Source of the DNA: Podarcis liolepis
Lineage: Eukaryota
Length of the DNA stretch: 64,000 nt
NCBI GenBank assembly: GCA_965112155.1
Contig: OZ218103.1
Reading direction: 5' to 3' (one strand)
In this document: one piece after another, positions 25,001 to 36,671 of the stretch
How positions within the stretch are numbered: position 1 is the stretch's first letter
Layout: each line of letters begins with the position of its first letter
Program-made: the position numbers and the translations under genes
The notes under the pieces: model-generated
The model's database searches: none
The model's input: the letters and a program-made list of their open reading frames with translations, nothing else
Told to the model about the DNA's origin: nothing

Positions 25001-25941
25001 TTTTGTTCAGCACGTGAGATTCTTTGGCAAGGACAAGCTCATGTAGTCTGTTCCTCATTTAAAGCGCTGTCCTGCCATCCATTATATGTGTTGGCTCAGT
25101 TGAGTAACTTGCTGCAGTCCTTAATCCCCACTTCAAAATATTTTCATTTGATCAGATGGGCATTTGTCTCATCCTTGCAAGTAGAGAGGAGGTTAATTTT
25201 ACCAGTTTCTTAGATTCATTCTCAGGTACAGAAGAACGTTATCTTCATCTCTTTGCAGGTTATAGGCAATCCGTTAAAAGTTACCACTTAAATCTTTAGA
25301 ATTGTGGCTTTGATTTTAGGTTTTTTTAATTCATCAAATAAGTCCTACTGAAATCAAGTGGATAGATGGTAAAAGTAAAGAAGATTGAAATAATATTTTG
25401 TACTTGGGTGCAGATAACTACATCTGTATTATGCTTGTTGATTGTGATGTGTATGGTTAAATTGCAACAGGGAAAGGATCAATCTTCTGCTTCCATATTT
25501 TAAAAGAGATGGTGGCTATTGAAATAAGTGTGTTCTTTGCAGCTGTTGCAATCTCCACCTTCCTCTCAAATCTCATTTTCATTTTGTGTCTTGACTCTTT
25601 AGATAGTGATGTGCAAGCCACTCTGGGACTCCCTTTTCTGCTGAAGAGTGGGAGACATTAATTTTCTAAAGAAATAAAGTACTCAGCTTCTGTACAAAAT
25701 ACAGTATGAGAGCTCGTACTATAGGAACATAGCTCAAAAAACTATGCCATTTCTCTGGTCTCAATGTCTGACTTGCCCAGTCCATCTTCCTGTATCTCAC
25801 GGTATGTGTGTGTCCTTCTTCCCTCAGGTTGTTACGAACAGAGATACCCAGGAAACCTTGCTCTGCATAGCCTTTGTTTTTGAGGTCTCCACCAGCGAGC
25901 ACGGAGCCCAGCATCATGTGTACAAGTTGGTCAAAGACTAG
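10117..25941 (+). CDS. TEAD3: TEAD3 transcription factor (TEF-5), 5'-partial gene span. Exons: 10117-10181, 14097-14159 and/or 14289-14351, 17388-17399, 17914-18051, 18844-18887, 19997-20058, 21574-21707, 22219-22392, 23810-23950, 24348-24500, 25828-25941
   Basis: Exons join in frame at GT-AG boundaries to give [71 protein letters not shown]...[28 protein letters not shown] and YKLVKD are TEAD3-type among TEADs. The N-terminal exon was not found in the window. Confidence 0.96.
10281..10333. repeat. Interrupted (GT)n microsatellite
   Basis: Direct reading. Confidence 0.95.
12128..12195 (-). mobile_element. CR1-type 3' tail fragment
   Basis: GGAAAGGACCCCGAGAGTCATCTAGTCCAACCCCATGCAATGCAGGAATCTC, near-identical to 22824-22878. 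Confidence 0.7.
14097..14159 (+). CDS. TEAD3: TEAD3 TEA helix-3 exon A ([21 protein letters not shown])
   Basis: gcgtag acceptor, AAG/gtacgt donor, 63 nt, phase 0-0; matches canonical TEAD3. Confidence 0.93.
14289..14351 (+). CDS. TEAD3: TEAD3 alternative TEA helix-3 exon B ([21 protein letters not shown])
   Basis: Long polypyrimidine tract plus tgcag acceptor, AAG/gtacgc donor, 63 nt, phase 0-0; paralogue of exon A, TEAD1/2/4-like. Confidence 0.9.
17388..17399 (+). CDS. TEAD3: TEAD3 12-nt microexon (AMNL)
   Basis: cactaac branch point, pyrimidine tract, cacag/GCTATGAACTTG/gtaagt; AMNL is present in TEAD3 protein. Confidence 0.9.
17914..18051 (+). CDS. TEAD3: TEAD3 exon ([12 protein letters not shown]...FSAAPR)
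   Basis: tttgaag acceptor, gtaagg donor, 138 nt. Confidence 0.94.
18844..18887 (+). CDS. TEAD3: TEAD3 exon ([15 protein letters not shown])
   Basis: cctcag acceptor, gtaagt donor, 44 nt, phase 0-2. Confidence 0.92.
19004..19090. repeat. Compound (CT)n(CA)n microsatellite
   Basis: Direct reading. Confidence 0.95.
19997..20058 (+). CDS. TEAD3: TEAD3 exon ([20 protein letters not shown])
   Basis: tttcag acceptor, gtaagt donor, 62 nt, phase 2-1. Confidence 0.93.
20908..21113. mobile_element. hAT (Charlie-like) MITE
   Basis: TIRs TAGAGCTTCCTAAACT / AGTTTGGAAAGCTCTC; 8-bp TSD TTCTAAAG (20900-20907) / CTCTAAAG (21114-21121). Confidence 0.8.
21574..21707 (+). CDS. TEAD3: TEAD3 exon (YEPLAP...[28 protein letters not shown]), start of YAP-binding domain
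   Basis: ttccag acceptor, gtaact donor, 134 nt. Confidence 0.95.
22219..22392 (+). CDS. TEAD3: TEAD3 exon ([10 protein letters not shown]...FFLVKFW)
   Basis: ctacag acceptor, gtaaga donor, 174 nt. Confidence 0.96.
22800..23230 (-). mobile_element. CR1 LINE 3' fragment
   Basis: Minus-strand [20 protein letters not shown]...[16 protein letters not shown] plus CR1 3' UTR/tail. Confidence 0.9.
23500..23630 (+). mobile_element. Ancient MIR/CORE-SINE-like fragment
   Basis: GACTTCGGGCGAGTCAC...CCATCTACAAAATGGG...GTGAGGCTGAATGAGATAA resembles the MIR core. Confidence 0.5.
23810..23950 (+). CDS. TEAD3: TEAD3 exon ([10 protein letters not shown]...[12 protein letters not shown])
   Basis: ctctag acceptor, gtgagt donor, 141 nt. 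Confidence 0.96.
24348..24500 (+). CDS. TEAD3: TEAD3 exon (TEFARMENG...[10 protein letters not shown]...ENFTILQ), includes the palmitoylated Cys of PMCEYM
   Basis: ctgcag acceptor, gtaaat donor, 153 nt. Confidence 0.96.
25828..25941 (+). CDS. TEAD3: TEAD3 last coding exon ([12 protein letters not shown]...YKLVKD*)
   Basis: cctcag acceptor, TAG at 25939-25941. Confidence 0.96.
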   Translation, partial: VVTNRDTQETLLCIAFVFEVSTSEHGAQHHVYKLVKD

Positions 25942-26784
25942 AGGCCCCCTTGGGGTGACCGGGCAATTTGAGGAAGAAGAGAAGAAGTCTTGTCAGAGAA
26001 GCCACCCGAATAGGATGCCTTGACGCAAGTCTTTTGAAAAATGAACACACAACACACACAAAAAGCAATGCCAAAAAGACTGTATCACAATCACAGATGT
26101 TTTCTACTTAGGAACAATTTTTTTTAAAAGAAAAAAACAAGCAGAAAAGAAGAGCATGACAGGAAAGCATATAACGGAAGGAGAGCTGTATCTGGAGGCA
26201 ACAAGAAGGAGGACTGTTCCTGGGGGCTCGGTCATCAGTATTTCAGGAGACATTGGCGCCAAGGCCTGGTACCTCTGGATATCTCTCCCGTCACACAACA
26301 CTAGAACAGCATCTAGTGAAACGAGACTGCCAACTACTTCTTAATACCTGGATGTGCCTATATATCCCGTGCCAATTTGTCCTCAAAACCTGGGTGGTTT
26401 CATTTAGAGAAAAGCGTTCTGAGAGGGCTGCTAAGGCTGTCTGTTCTGGGAAGGGATGGGGAATCAGAGGCTGCCTTGTTTATGTGACCGATCCCACTCT
26501 GTTCGAGACACCGACAAAGAAGAGGAAGAGTTTTCTTCCATCTCTTGACGCAGGCTGCGTGCAGAGCCAGCACAGGGAATTGGCGGCTTGCGTCATGTGG
26601 CACACATGCCACCCATGGGTTAATTGCAAGAAAACGATTTGGTTCCAACATTTTCCTGGGCATTTTCTATTGCAGGATACAGTGGTGGTGGGAGGGCGCC
26701 AGGAGTTGATTATGGCAGGAATGTGGCGCTTTTACATCCATGTCCCAGATGTTTGGATAATAGACGGGAGTAGGGTTGCAGGAT

Positions 26785-26831
26785 CGTGTGTGTGTGTGTG
26801 TGTGCGCGCGCGCATGCGTGCGTGCGTGCGC
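26785..26831. repeat. (GT)n(GC)n(GCGT)n alternating purine-pyrimidine tract
   Basis: Direct reading; lies in the predicted TEAD3 3' UTR. Confidence 0.9.
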
Positions 26832-29800
26832 CAACAAGAAATGGAGAGACTTAAAGATATCTGTCTGTGGGATGTTAAAAGGTTAGAGTATGTATTAAGA
26901 GGAAGGAGGGGTGCTCAGCTGGAGGAGAGCAATTCAGGAAATCATAGATTTGGAGATTTGCATAGATTTGCAATCATAGGGTTGCAGATAAGCAGGCTGA
27001 CTCTAGGTGAGCAATGAGATGACTGGGAAAATATTAGGGCTGGCTAAGGTTGAGTAACTTTGAGGGGGGGATCTGAATTTGTATGGGATTTTTAACCAGC
27101 TCTCAATGGAGCATTATTATTACATCTGCCATGTCAAAAACAGCATGGGATAAGCTTAGACCAAAGTTCTTGCTGCCTGGGCATTGTTCTGGTAAGGTAT
27201 TAATTTCCCTTCTGCTTCTCTGTTCATCTGTGGTAGTCATCTAGGAAAGGGCATGATCTAAATATCACGATGCAAGTCTTTCCTCTGGATTATGTACTTC
27301 CCACCTAGGATATCTTTGTGGAGGCTGCTAAACGAAACAAAAAACCAAAGCGAAAATTGCGTATTCTGGCAGCCTAAACCCAAGGAGGTGCTGAAAGATG
27401 AAACTAAGTACAATATGTCATACAGAATCCCTCTTCATTTGAAAGCTGTACTGTTTGCTGTTGGAAATGCTGAAGAAAGTTTCTGTGTAGGGTTTAAGTA
27501 TAAACATGAGCCCCTAGACCTTAAGCTTGGAGACTAAGACAGTGGGCTTGTGATTTAAATTGGTGCTTATAGGAATCCTGTTACATGAACAGTGCCAAGA
27601 TATCAGTAACCTCACTGTACGTGGCACCTCCAGGGCTCAGGCCCATAGGTTTCAGCTATACTTTGTCTAAATGCTAGTTTGTAGTTTTAAATAATAGAGG
27701 AACTAACAGAATGTAATATTTGTGCCTTCCTACCTTTCTTTTTTACCATTGAACTTTTTTCTGTTTTGTCCTTCAGCTTTCCCCTGGCCACATGGTGATT
27801 TGTTTGCTTTTAAGTTGGTTGATTTTCATTTTTTAAGAGAATTCTCCTTGCTGCTCCATCCTTTCTTTAGTCCGGTATACTCTTACTCAACCCACTCAGA
27901 CTAATCTCCACCCTATGCTGCCATGGACCTGGTGAGATTACTATGGAGAAGCCTCAAAACATTGGAAAAGGTGCAATACAGTGCAAAAGAAAAAGAAAAG
28001 CCATTTGCAAGCAAGGAGAGAATTTGAGGTTTCCACTTCTACGAGGAAATTGGAATGCACAGACTTGAGTTTGCAATTACATTTTTTTATGCTTGGGGTA
28101 TTTGACTATAGCTTTAAATGGAGGTTGGCCCCCAGTGCATAGTTCTCAAGGCTGGTTGAGTTATTTTGGCACCTGGGGCAGAAAATCCCACAGGTGCATC
28201 TTCCCACCCCTGGCAATAAATACTATAGTAACTTCACATGTTTCTGCCATTTTCATGACACCTCAACACACCTGCCTGAGGAGACCATTTCACTCTACCT
28301 AATGCTAGGACCAGATCCAATTTGTAAGAAGAGATTTCACCACCAGGATCATTTTCATAGTGGTATCAAGATTTGTGCAAAGAGATTCCCAAAGAGAGAG
28401 TGGAAGGGAGCTAGGAATTCAGAGTGTGTTGGCTGCAGGCAAAAATGTCTGTTAAAATCAGATTGTGGTGACGCTGAAGTACTGGGTGCCTTTCATTGGA
28501 ACATAAGGGTCAGGTTAAAATTTAGAGCTCCTCCCTTCTCCGTTGTCTGCCTTAGAAGGTAGGAGATAATGTAATGGAGATGCCTCATAAAGTCTTGATG
28601 TCTGGCTTTTCATAACTGACTTGGGCCTCTCCTTCAGGCCTGGCCTGTATCACCACTGCATTGTTGATTTAGCACCCATGTTTCGACTGTGGATGAAGGA
28701 CTAGGTACAAAGGCATTGGCTAACTCAAACTTAAGTCTGGCTAACGCAGACTAAGAATGTTCCCAGGATCCTTCGGACTGCTGTTTGAGTACAACATGCA
28801 GCTGAGAGGTGACACCATGAGAACAACTGACAGAATGGTTTCCCAGCTTTTTGAAGGACATTTATAATTAATGTAATAATTTTTTTCCTGTGAAGTGTTT
28901 TTAATTGATGCCACCCAAGAACTTCTGGAAAACTCCACTAGAATGTTGAAATGAACACTCCTCTGCGTGTTATGTGGGACCCCGAGGTGGTAGCTCTAAG
29001 GGGAATGGTACGTGGGGACTGGTTTGGTAGAGCAGCAAGTCACAAATTGCTCAGGAACAGTGCCTTATTTTGCAACACATGTTGCACTCTTGGGGGATGA
29101 GCAACAGGTGCAGAAAGTTCTAAAAATCAGTTGTAGTCTAAATTCAGGTGAGCACATCCTCTACCCCCTGCCTCCAATGTGATAATCCTACTGCGTTGCC
29201 TCTGGCAAAGCTGATGGTCTCATGCATCTCCTGTGTGTGATGTTTTGGGCAAACTGGTCTCTCTAGTGCCACAACTCTTTCTCCAGTGTATTATTACTCT
29301 TAGGAAGAACTGGCTACTTTGTAAAAGCCAGCTTGAAGTTCAGGTACGTTTCTGAGACCCCTGTGCATTGGGCGGGGGGAGAGGTACAGCGTCCTTGGAA
29401 CTGAATAACAGTTATTGCTATTCTAGTGGGAGGAGGTAGAGTTAAAAGAGACAGGATGTTGAATTGCTTATGATTACAGCCAGAGCCTCTGCAGCTGTAA
29501 GGAGAGGAGAGCTGGCTAGTTTATATGTAGCATGTTTATTTTCATTCCTAGATCAAAAAACTCTGGGAATTAAGGTTAAAACCTTCCCTGTTCTCCTTAA
29601 CCTATGTATAATAGAATTCCCTTTTCTGCTAAACATACTTTTTTAAGGGAGGGCATATATAAACCCCTGGGGCAGAGACTTCAGTGTACAACATGGGGAA
29701 AGTGGAGCAGAGCCTTAGTCTTGCCTAAACCCCAACTTTCTTATATAAAAACTGTTTCTTGTATTTTATCCACAATCTTTAACCCAGCTGGAGCCTTTGG

Positions 29801-31768
29801 AATAAACCTCCTCCAAAACTGGCCTATGTTACGTTTCTCGTCTTTCCCCCTTTCAGTCCTTCCATGCCATACCATTCTTGATTTCAGTGCAACATTTAGT
29901 TAGATCCATTCCCCAGCCTTCCTGCTTGTAGAATCCCCTGCGCAGGCCACAAGTCTGTGAGCACAAATAGACCTACAAACCACTGCCCACCTGGGTGTCC
30001 CTCAGAGAATGGCAGCAAGGCTAAAGAAACGCCAGCTTCACAAATCTCTTAGTTGGACATAATACTGGTACCCAAAAACTCAAGTCACCAAGTCTCATGT
30101 CACCCCACATCCCATGTATTTATGAATTTCACATGAAGTACTGTTTTATTTTTTTAAAGACTTTGTAAAGCTTACCAGGGTTATGGTCACCTTTTTTAGA
30201 GCTCTGTCAGTCCACATTGTAAAACCATTTTTATGTATTATATTTTGTGTATTTTTTTTTAATCCAGCTGTGATGGGTTGTATCATATATTGTTGTGTTT
30301 ACTGTATGTCCATCTTCAAGTAGATGAGACAGTGGAGCTTCTAGAAAGCTATGGTCTGCTGAAAACTATTAAACTTATTTGTTCATGGGTTGGCTCAAAC
30401 ACCTGTTCGCATTCTTCCCTTTATTTTCTCTTGTATGTTCATGAGCATTGCACCAGCAATAAGAAGCTGCAATTGGATCCACCTCATCAGCCCCTATCAG
30501 CAGAGGTCCTCCACAGGGACTTGTGCAACTGGGCACTCTCCTCACCATGTGCTCCCCCCACGTCCTCTAAAATTGGGGGAGGAGTGTCAGGAAAAATTCC
30601 ACATGGGGAGACGGTATGGCGTATCATTCCACCTGACAAGCTGGATGCTTGCACAGATTGAACGATGAGAAGAGTGCAGCTTTTAATTCCACCACTTGTC
30701 CATAATGTTTTACCAGGTCATAATCTACACTGGTCTGTGTATTTATATATGTCTACAATCTCACTGGGTGAGTGGGGGATTTTGTATTGCATTCAGCCTT
30801 CATTTGTGTAAATAGCTGTTTTAAAAAATAATAATCGTGTTTAACATCTGCTTTGTGACTGTGAAGTTATGACTGGTAGGATTTCAAGTCTGGCTTTCAT
30901 ACTTGGGAGTTAATTTGCTGAACCCAGTTTGGAAGCAATACTACTGTGTTCAGTCCAAACGTACTTTTCTTTTCCGAAGCTTACAGAACTGGCACTCCGT
31001 GAAGTCATCAAGAAGCTTTCCCAATCCCCAAAGCAATTTGCACTGTTTTGTGAATGTGTTCTGTTTAAAACACATTAAAACACATTTAAAAACTGCCAGC
31101 TGCCCAAAGGGAAATCGCAATGCTCACAGCTGAGCTGGAGTTTTGACAGATTGCAAAGGTGTGAGGGATAGGCTCACAGCTGTTATTCATATGTTCTTCA
31201 TTTACCCCTTCTCAAAATGGAAGCCATGTATATTTTGCAAAACGTATGTTTGTGTGGGTGTGTGAAATAAATAGAAATGTGTTTGGATGATAATAATACA
31301 TACTAGCTTCAAAGTACTGTATGCAGTTACAGTGTGACTGGTTGCATTGAGATGATCCTTTGTGGGCTTGACTACTTTCCTCCCCTCACAGATGTACATT
31401 AGTTTAATCAAGCCATATTTTGCCACTTACATGCAACTATAGAGTTTGAGTGAGCCATCCAAATTAGAATTGTAAACTAGTTTGATCCTGGTTTATTAAG
31501 GCTTGCTGAAACCATAGATTTTAGGCTGGATGTAATAGCAATCCATGGTTTGATTAGAACAGGGAGTAATGCAGAAGCTGTTCTCAAAAGGGGAAAAAGA
31601 AAGTGGGGAAGAAGAGAGCCCTCAAGCATATGGTTTGTTCCTAATCCTCCAAACCATGGTTTGAATGCAGACAGTGTCATGGAATTTCACTGTTGGAATA
31701 TCTGAATTTTACTGTTTGGTTCCTTGGTGGTGTGAGGGTTTATTCAAGTGTTTATGTTCACCTTGAAC

Positions 31769-31774
31769 AATAAA
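31769..31774 (+). terminator. Candidate distal polyadenylation signal of TEAD3
   Basis: AATAAA downstream of AU-rich, UTR-like blocks (30110-30260, 30730-30850) and before the SMPD2 CpG island; other AATAAA copies exist, so usage is uncertain. Confidence 0.4.
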
Positions 31775-32789
31775 ACAGCCACTCTGACTAGCTAAAGTAT
31801 GAACTCTGCTGCTTTGAATCAACTCTCAGTCAACAGATCAAACAGTACTTGTGGTCTTGGTATGGGGGAGTGACAAACAGGTGCCAGCAAAGAGAGAGAT
31901 TAAGAATATGGATTCTTAGGTTTCAAGCAACCCAACCACTGGTATGTCTTTGCATAAATGGGCACAGGAATAAAGAAATAGTTTGTGTCAAAAGCAGCAT
32001 CCTTTTTCAGTAGACATTGTTTCGAAAGGGCCTCCTCTCTTGTGAGAGCAAGAAGAGAAATACCTCTTCAAGGAGGGTTCCTGCCAGCTGTGTATTCTGT
32101 ACTTCCAGTGGTGCCATTAGGGCTGGGTTTGAGGGTCCAAGTCAAGGTGGATGATGGGAGGTGGGCATATCTGGAGCTCAACAGCAGGCACTTCCCTGGG
32201 CAGGTTCATATGTGGAAAGGTGATGCTCTAGATAGAGTGCTTTGAGCCATGTAAAGGCTTTGAAGCTCCAAACCAGCACTTTGAATTGCAGCTAGAAACA
32301 ACTTGGCAGCTAGACATTACAAGTGCTTCTTTTACTATTTTTACTTCAAGTATATACTCCGATGTTTCTACAACAAAATGGTGCTAGTTCCCACGCAAAT
32401 GCATTTAACTTCAAGGCAACAGAAGCAAACTCCATTTACTCCTGTAATCACTATGGCACTATAAGTAAGTTTCAAATGTGAAACTGACTATGCTCAGAAT
32501 TTCTTTATTCTAACCAGGGTGACAAACTCTGTTTGTAGTTGTTATGCTCTAGCACAGGGGCTCTTGAACTTCCTACCCTCAGGGCCCACTTGTGAGCCTG
32601 ATTTTCAACCCTTTCGAGTCACAAAATTATGTAAACTTCTATTGAAGCACGGTTTGGGGTACTTAACAATAAATGCCTGAAAAGCTAATGGGCTTAAAAA
32701 AACCCCAACACTACAACAACCCACCAACTAAGGAATGCTGTGTTATTTTTTTGTGTAATTTCCAAAAGCAGGCTTCTAGTGATTGACAA

Positions 32790-33700
32790 GTGAAGATGCG
32801 CCCGCGCTCACTCACTCTCGCAAGCACAGCCATTTTCTGCCGTGCTTTCTCATATTTCTTTCTATTGCAACCGCTCTTCGCGGAGGCAGCGCAGTTTTTC
32901 ATACTTTTCTGCAAGTTCTTCAAAAGCACAACAGTTGCCGACAGAAGAGGTTGCGGGCACCGGCCGCCCCAAAGCATTTCGGTACTTGCAGTCCTCCCTT
33001 CTTTTTTTAAGCCTCCACTTAGCGAGCACTTCTCCTTTCCGAGCCGACAGCGCCACCTCCTGGAACTTGTAGTTCTTCAGGGCAGGAGGCGCGCCTTGAA
33101 GATGAGGCTGCTGCGCGGAAGGAGGCCTACAACCCCCGGGATGCACTGCGCGCCTTACGGCTAGAGGCGAGGCTGGCCCTCTTCAACTGCGGGAATCCTG
33201 CTGCTGCTGCCGCTGCTGTTGCCGGCTAGGCAAGGTCTCCGCGCCAAGAATGAAGTGAAGGGAAGCAAGAAGTGGCCTAGACAGCGTCTCCCGCCAGGTG
33301 CGTAGTGGCTCTCGAAGACTCCCCCAAACCCCCGCTGCGCGCCCCTTTTTCTTCTTTCCAGCCGCGCCTGGTCTTGCTCTGCCATAACCGAAACTCTGCC
33401 TGAGCCGGCAACTCTCGCCTCGGAGCGATCGATGATTTAACATAGTGGATCGATAAAGTGCGCTGCTGGAAGACTCCCGCGAGCGCCAAGCGCTGCGCTC
33501 GGAAATCGACTTGGGATCGAAGCCCGGAAGGCACGCTTAATTATGGCTCCTTCCCGTGGGACATTTCAGGTTATATAGGGCTTAAGGGAAAAGATCCTAA
33601 AGCGCAAAGTCGCCTTCCCTTTGGGGAAATGCGGCCAAGAGAAGGGAGCGCAACCCGGGGAATTGATCTCAAGCTGCCACATTGTGTTAGTGTGATTTAG
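32790..33700. promoter_or_regulatory. CpG-island promoter, most likely of SMPD2, with CTCF-like and ZNF143/ACTACA-like motifs; candidate non-coding first exon ending at 33297
   Basis: Sharp rise in CpG/GC content. CCAGGAGGTGGCGCTG on - strand (33048-33063), ACTACAAGTTCCAG on - strand (33060-33073), CTACAACCCCCGGGATGC on + strand (33127-33144), donor CAG/gtgcgt at 33297/33298. Confidence 0.75.
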
Positions 33701-36671
33701 GGATTTGTTTTGCTTGGCCTGTTCTCTCTCCCCCACCCCCTTTTAATCTCTTACTATTTTGCAGCCGCCTTGCGTTCTTCCTTCCTCCGCCCCCCTCCCA
33801 AAAGAAACGCATACTAGTAAATATATGATTTTAAGGCAATCTTCTCTTGGCCTGGGATGCTTTGACAGCTAATGCGACTTTATTCATTTGCATTAGCTGC
33901 AATCTGAACAGAGGTTGGGAACCTGTGGCCTTCCCGGTGCCATTGCACGACAGCTCCCATAATCTCTGATTATGCTGTATCCAACAGCATGCATTGACCA
34001 TCTCTGGATTTTGCCTGCCTTTACAGATATGTGCATACACTCTAGTCTCTCATATTGTCTCCGATTCTTCTAAAGTTAGTCATAACTACACCTTGTTAGT
34101 ACAGGGCCATCGTGCCTAGTAGTCGTCAGTGGCCTGGTTCATTAATTTTCCTAGGCACCTTTTGGAAGCCGTTCAAGTTAGTGGCTGATACTGCATTCTC
34201 TAGTTTAACTATGGACTGTGTGTAGTTCTTCATTTTATTTCACTATTCAGCCCCATTGGATGTGCCTGTGTTATACTACTATTAAAAGAGGAATAAAATA
34301 TTATTTCTCCAGACTCTTGAGTAATGTTATAATTTTGCTGTGTCCCTCCTCTTCTACTCAAAAGCTCTAAATGTTATAACCTTCCTTCATATGGAAGTTG
34401 CTCCACCCCCTTGTCATTTTCTGAACCCTTGCCAGCTCTGCAGTATTTTTAAGATGAAGCAACCACAACTTGAATGTATAGACTAAGTAAATGAAAACTC
34501 TGCTCCCTAAATTCCAAGAATGTAAAAAACTGCTGAATGGATGCCAGATCATTTATTATTTTGAATCAGAAAAAGCTTATTAGCAATTAATTTATGGGCC
34601 TGTAGATATTGATACTAGTCTGTGCTAGTGTGGACATTTCAGCGCTCCTTCATTCCCCCTCTGTTTGTTCCAGGTTTTTTTGTTTGAATTGGTGTATTTA
34701 TAATATACATGTACTTTCTGAGAAAACTGGGTTAGGCTGCCTGACTCACTATTGAGCAGTGAGAGGCAATGGAAACACCTTTATCCAAATGCTGGGAAAT
34801 AGACACAGTGAGAAGCATCCTAAGACAAAGTACAGTACTGTTTTTTCCCTTGAAGAAACCAGGAAACAGAGCGCAGATCAAAGCTACTGGCCAGAAGCCA
34901 GGACCGGTCTGCGTCACTAACTCGCCACCGATTTTGTGGCAAAACCATGCAAAAATGAGGATGTCCATGTCTTCAACATGTGGTTGTCATTTCTTGCTGT
35001 CTGTATATTGTTGAAAATATTTGAGTCAAAATATTTACCACAGCCATTTTATTTCATCTTGGCAGTGAACACAAGGGAAGCTACTTTCCCTTTCTTGCTA
35101 ATTCCACCAGGTGAACAAGTGTAAGAAAATGCATTCAAAGAAGATGGGAGGGAATGGTTTGAGGGCAGGGTGGAAGCAGCAGTTTGAAGAGCAGACCCCC
35201 CGCTGCTTTGCCATGCGCACTCTCCTGGGTTCTTGGGCAAGCCATACTGAGAGTCTGATTCAATCCAGTAAGACACAAATCCCTAGCCTCAAGGGCAGTA
35301 AAAACCAGTGCTTATTTTCAGGGGATACTCCAGGGTACACAATACCAGCACCTCTCTTTCTCTCCCTCTGGGTTAAAAAGTGTGGCACTTACTGTAAGAA
35401 CTTCACAGTGAGTACTGGCAACTATTTTTCTAGGGGGGAAAGCACTGGTAAAAACCATAAATGATTGTGAGGAATTGTGATATTGAGAGATATAAGTAAA
35501 TACTGTAGGTTTGGTCATGGGTGTCCCAACACTCCAGCATGGTTGAAAACAGATCCTTGAAGGAAATTCAAGAACTGAGACTTGGATTGGGTGTCATTGA
35601 CTTGTGAGCACACAGCTTCTTGTCCTTGGAACTTTGCACAGAGAGATTGCCAGTAGGAGAGAGCTTTAGAATCTACCAAGTAAACACATGATATTTTTAA
35701 AAAGTGGGATCACTCATAATGCTTGATTATGGTTTTTTAAGGACTAGCCCTGTGATGTGTTGGTCATCAGTGTGGCATGCAGTGGTACCTGCATAGCTTC
35801 TGAAGTCACACACACACACCTCCCTTGGTGAGGGTGGTTACCTTTTTCTCCCTCGAGAAGTACACAGAGCTAAAGGAGGAAGTTGGAAGAGTGCCACTCT
35901 TACCCACTTCTTTCAGTTCTATGTGCTTTTCAAGATTCAGACTCATTCTGCTGGTTCCAGCTTTCACCCAGATTCCTTGGAAAAGCTAAGTTTGTATGTG
36001 TGTGCTTTCTCTCTCTGGCTGGGGTGAGGTTGGGATGAGAGAGAAGTGCCCAGAGAGGGAATAATGGGGTTCCAGCACCCTCAAAGATCTACGTGTGCCC
36101 GTGGACCTTTAAAGCTTGATGGGCCCTAAATGATTACAAGAGTATTGTCTTTACCATGAGGGTTTATTGCCTGGAAAAGTGTGCATTTTTTTACGCTTAT
36201 CACTCACTGACAAGGGACTGCGGCAGCGACAGCACTGAAGCAAAAGACTCCTGCTATCAGGATTGAAACAGGCAAAATATGGGCCTTGCTTGACCTGAGA
36301 GTGTCCCTTTAATGCTTTGTAACTCTGCTAATCTTCAGGTCTTATCTTATCTTTGCACCTCTCCCTCCTATCAAGGACTTTCAGATGCTGTTGCCCAGAG
36401 GACTTTAGCAGAGAGAGGCATTCTAGGCCTTGTCCACAAGAGCATGTGCTGCTTGTTGAATCAGTGCCACCAAGGCTTCATCCTTCCTTGTTTTCCAGCT
36501 GCCAGTGCATACCTGTTAGCTGCAATATTACAGTCACACTTCCTGTTCTTCTGGCAGAGAAGCAAAGCCAAAGTCTGACACCTTGATTGCCGGAGAGCTG
36601 GAGGCAGAACCTGTCAGCATTGCGAGTGCAACCATCTGAACCCACCTCTGCATTGTCTTGTCCCCACTGTG

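Noticed and set aside
26253-27017. 254-aa ORF downstream of TEAD3
   Set aside because: Non-ATG start, runs through a microsatellite, no recognisable domain; lies in the predicted 3' UTR.
32711-33146. Minus-strand ORFs in the CpG island with short PPIL6-like words (VVGLL, LKN..KF)
   Set aside because: The words are in different frames, VVG derives from the GTTGTAG of the ACTACA-type motif, and there is no splice structure or cyclophilin exon. A tBLASTn with PPIL6 would settle it.
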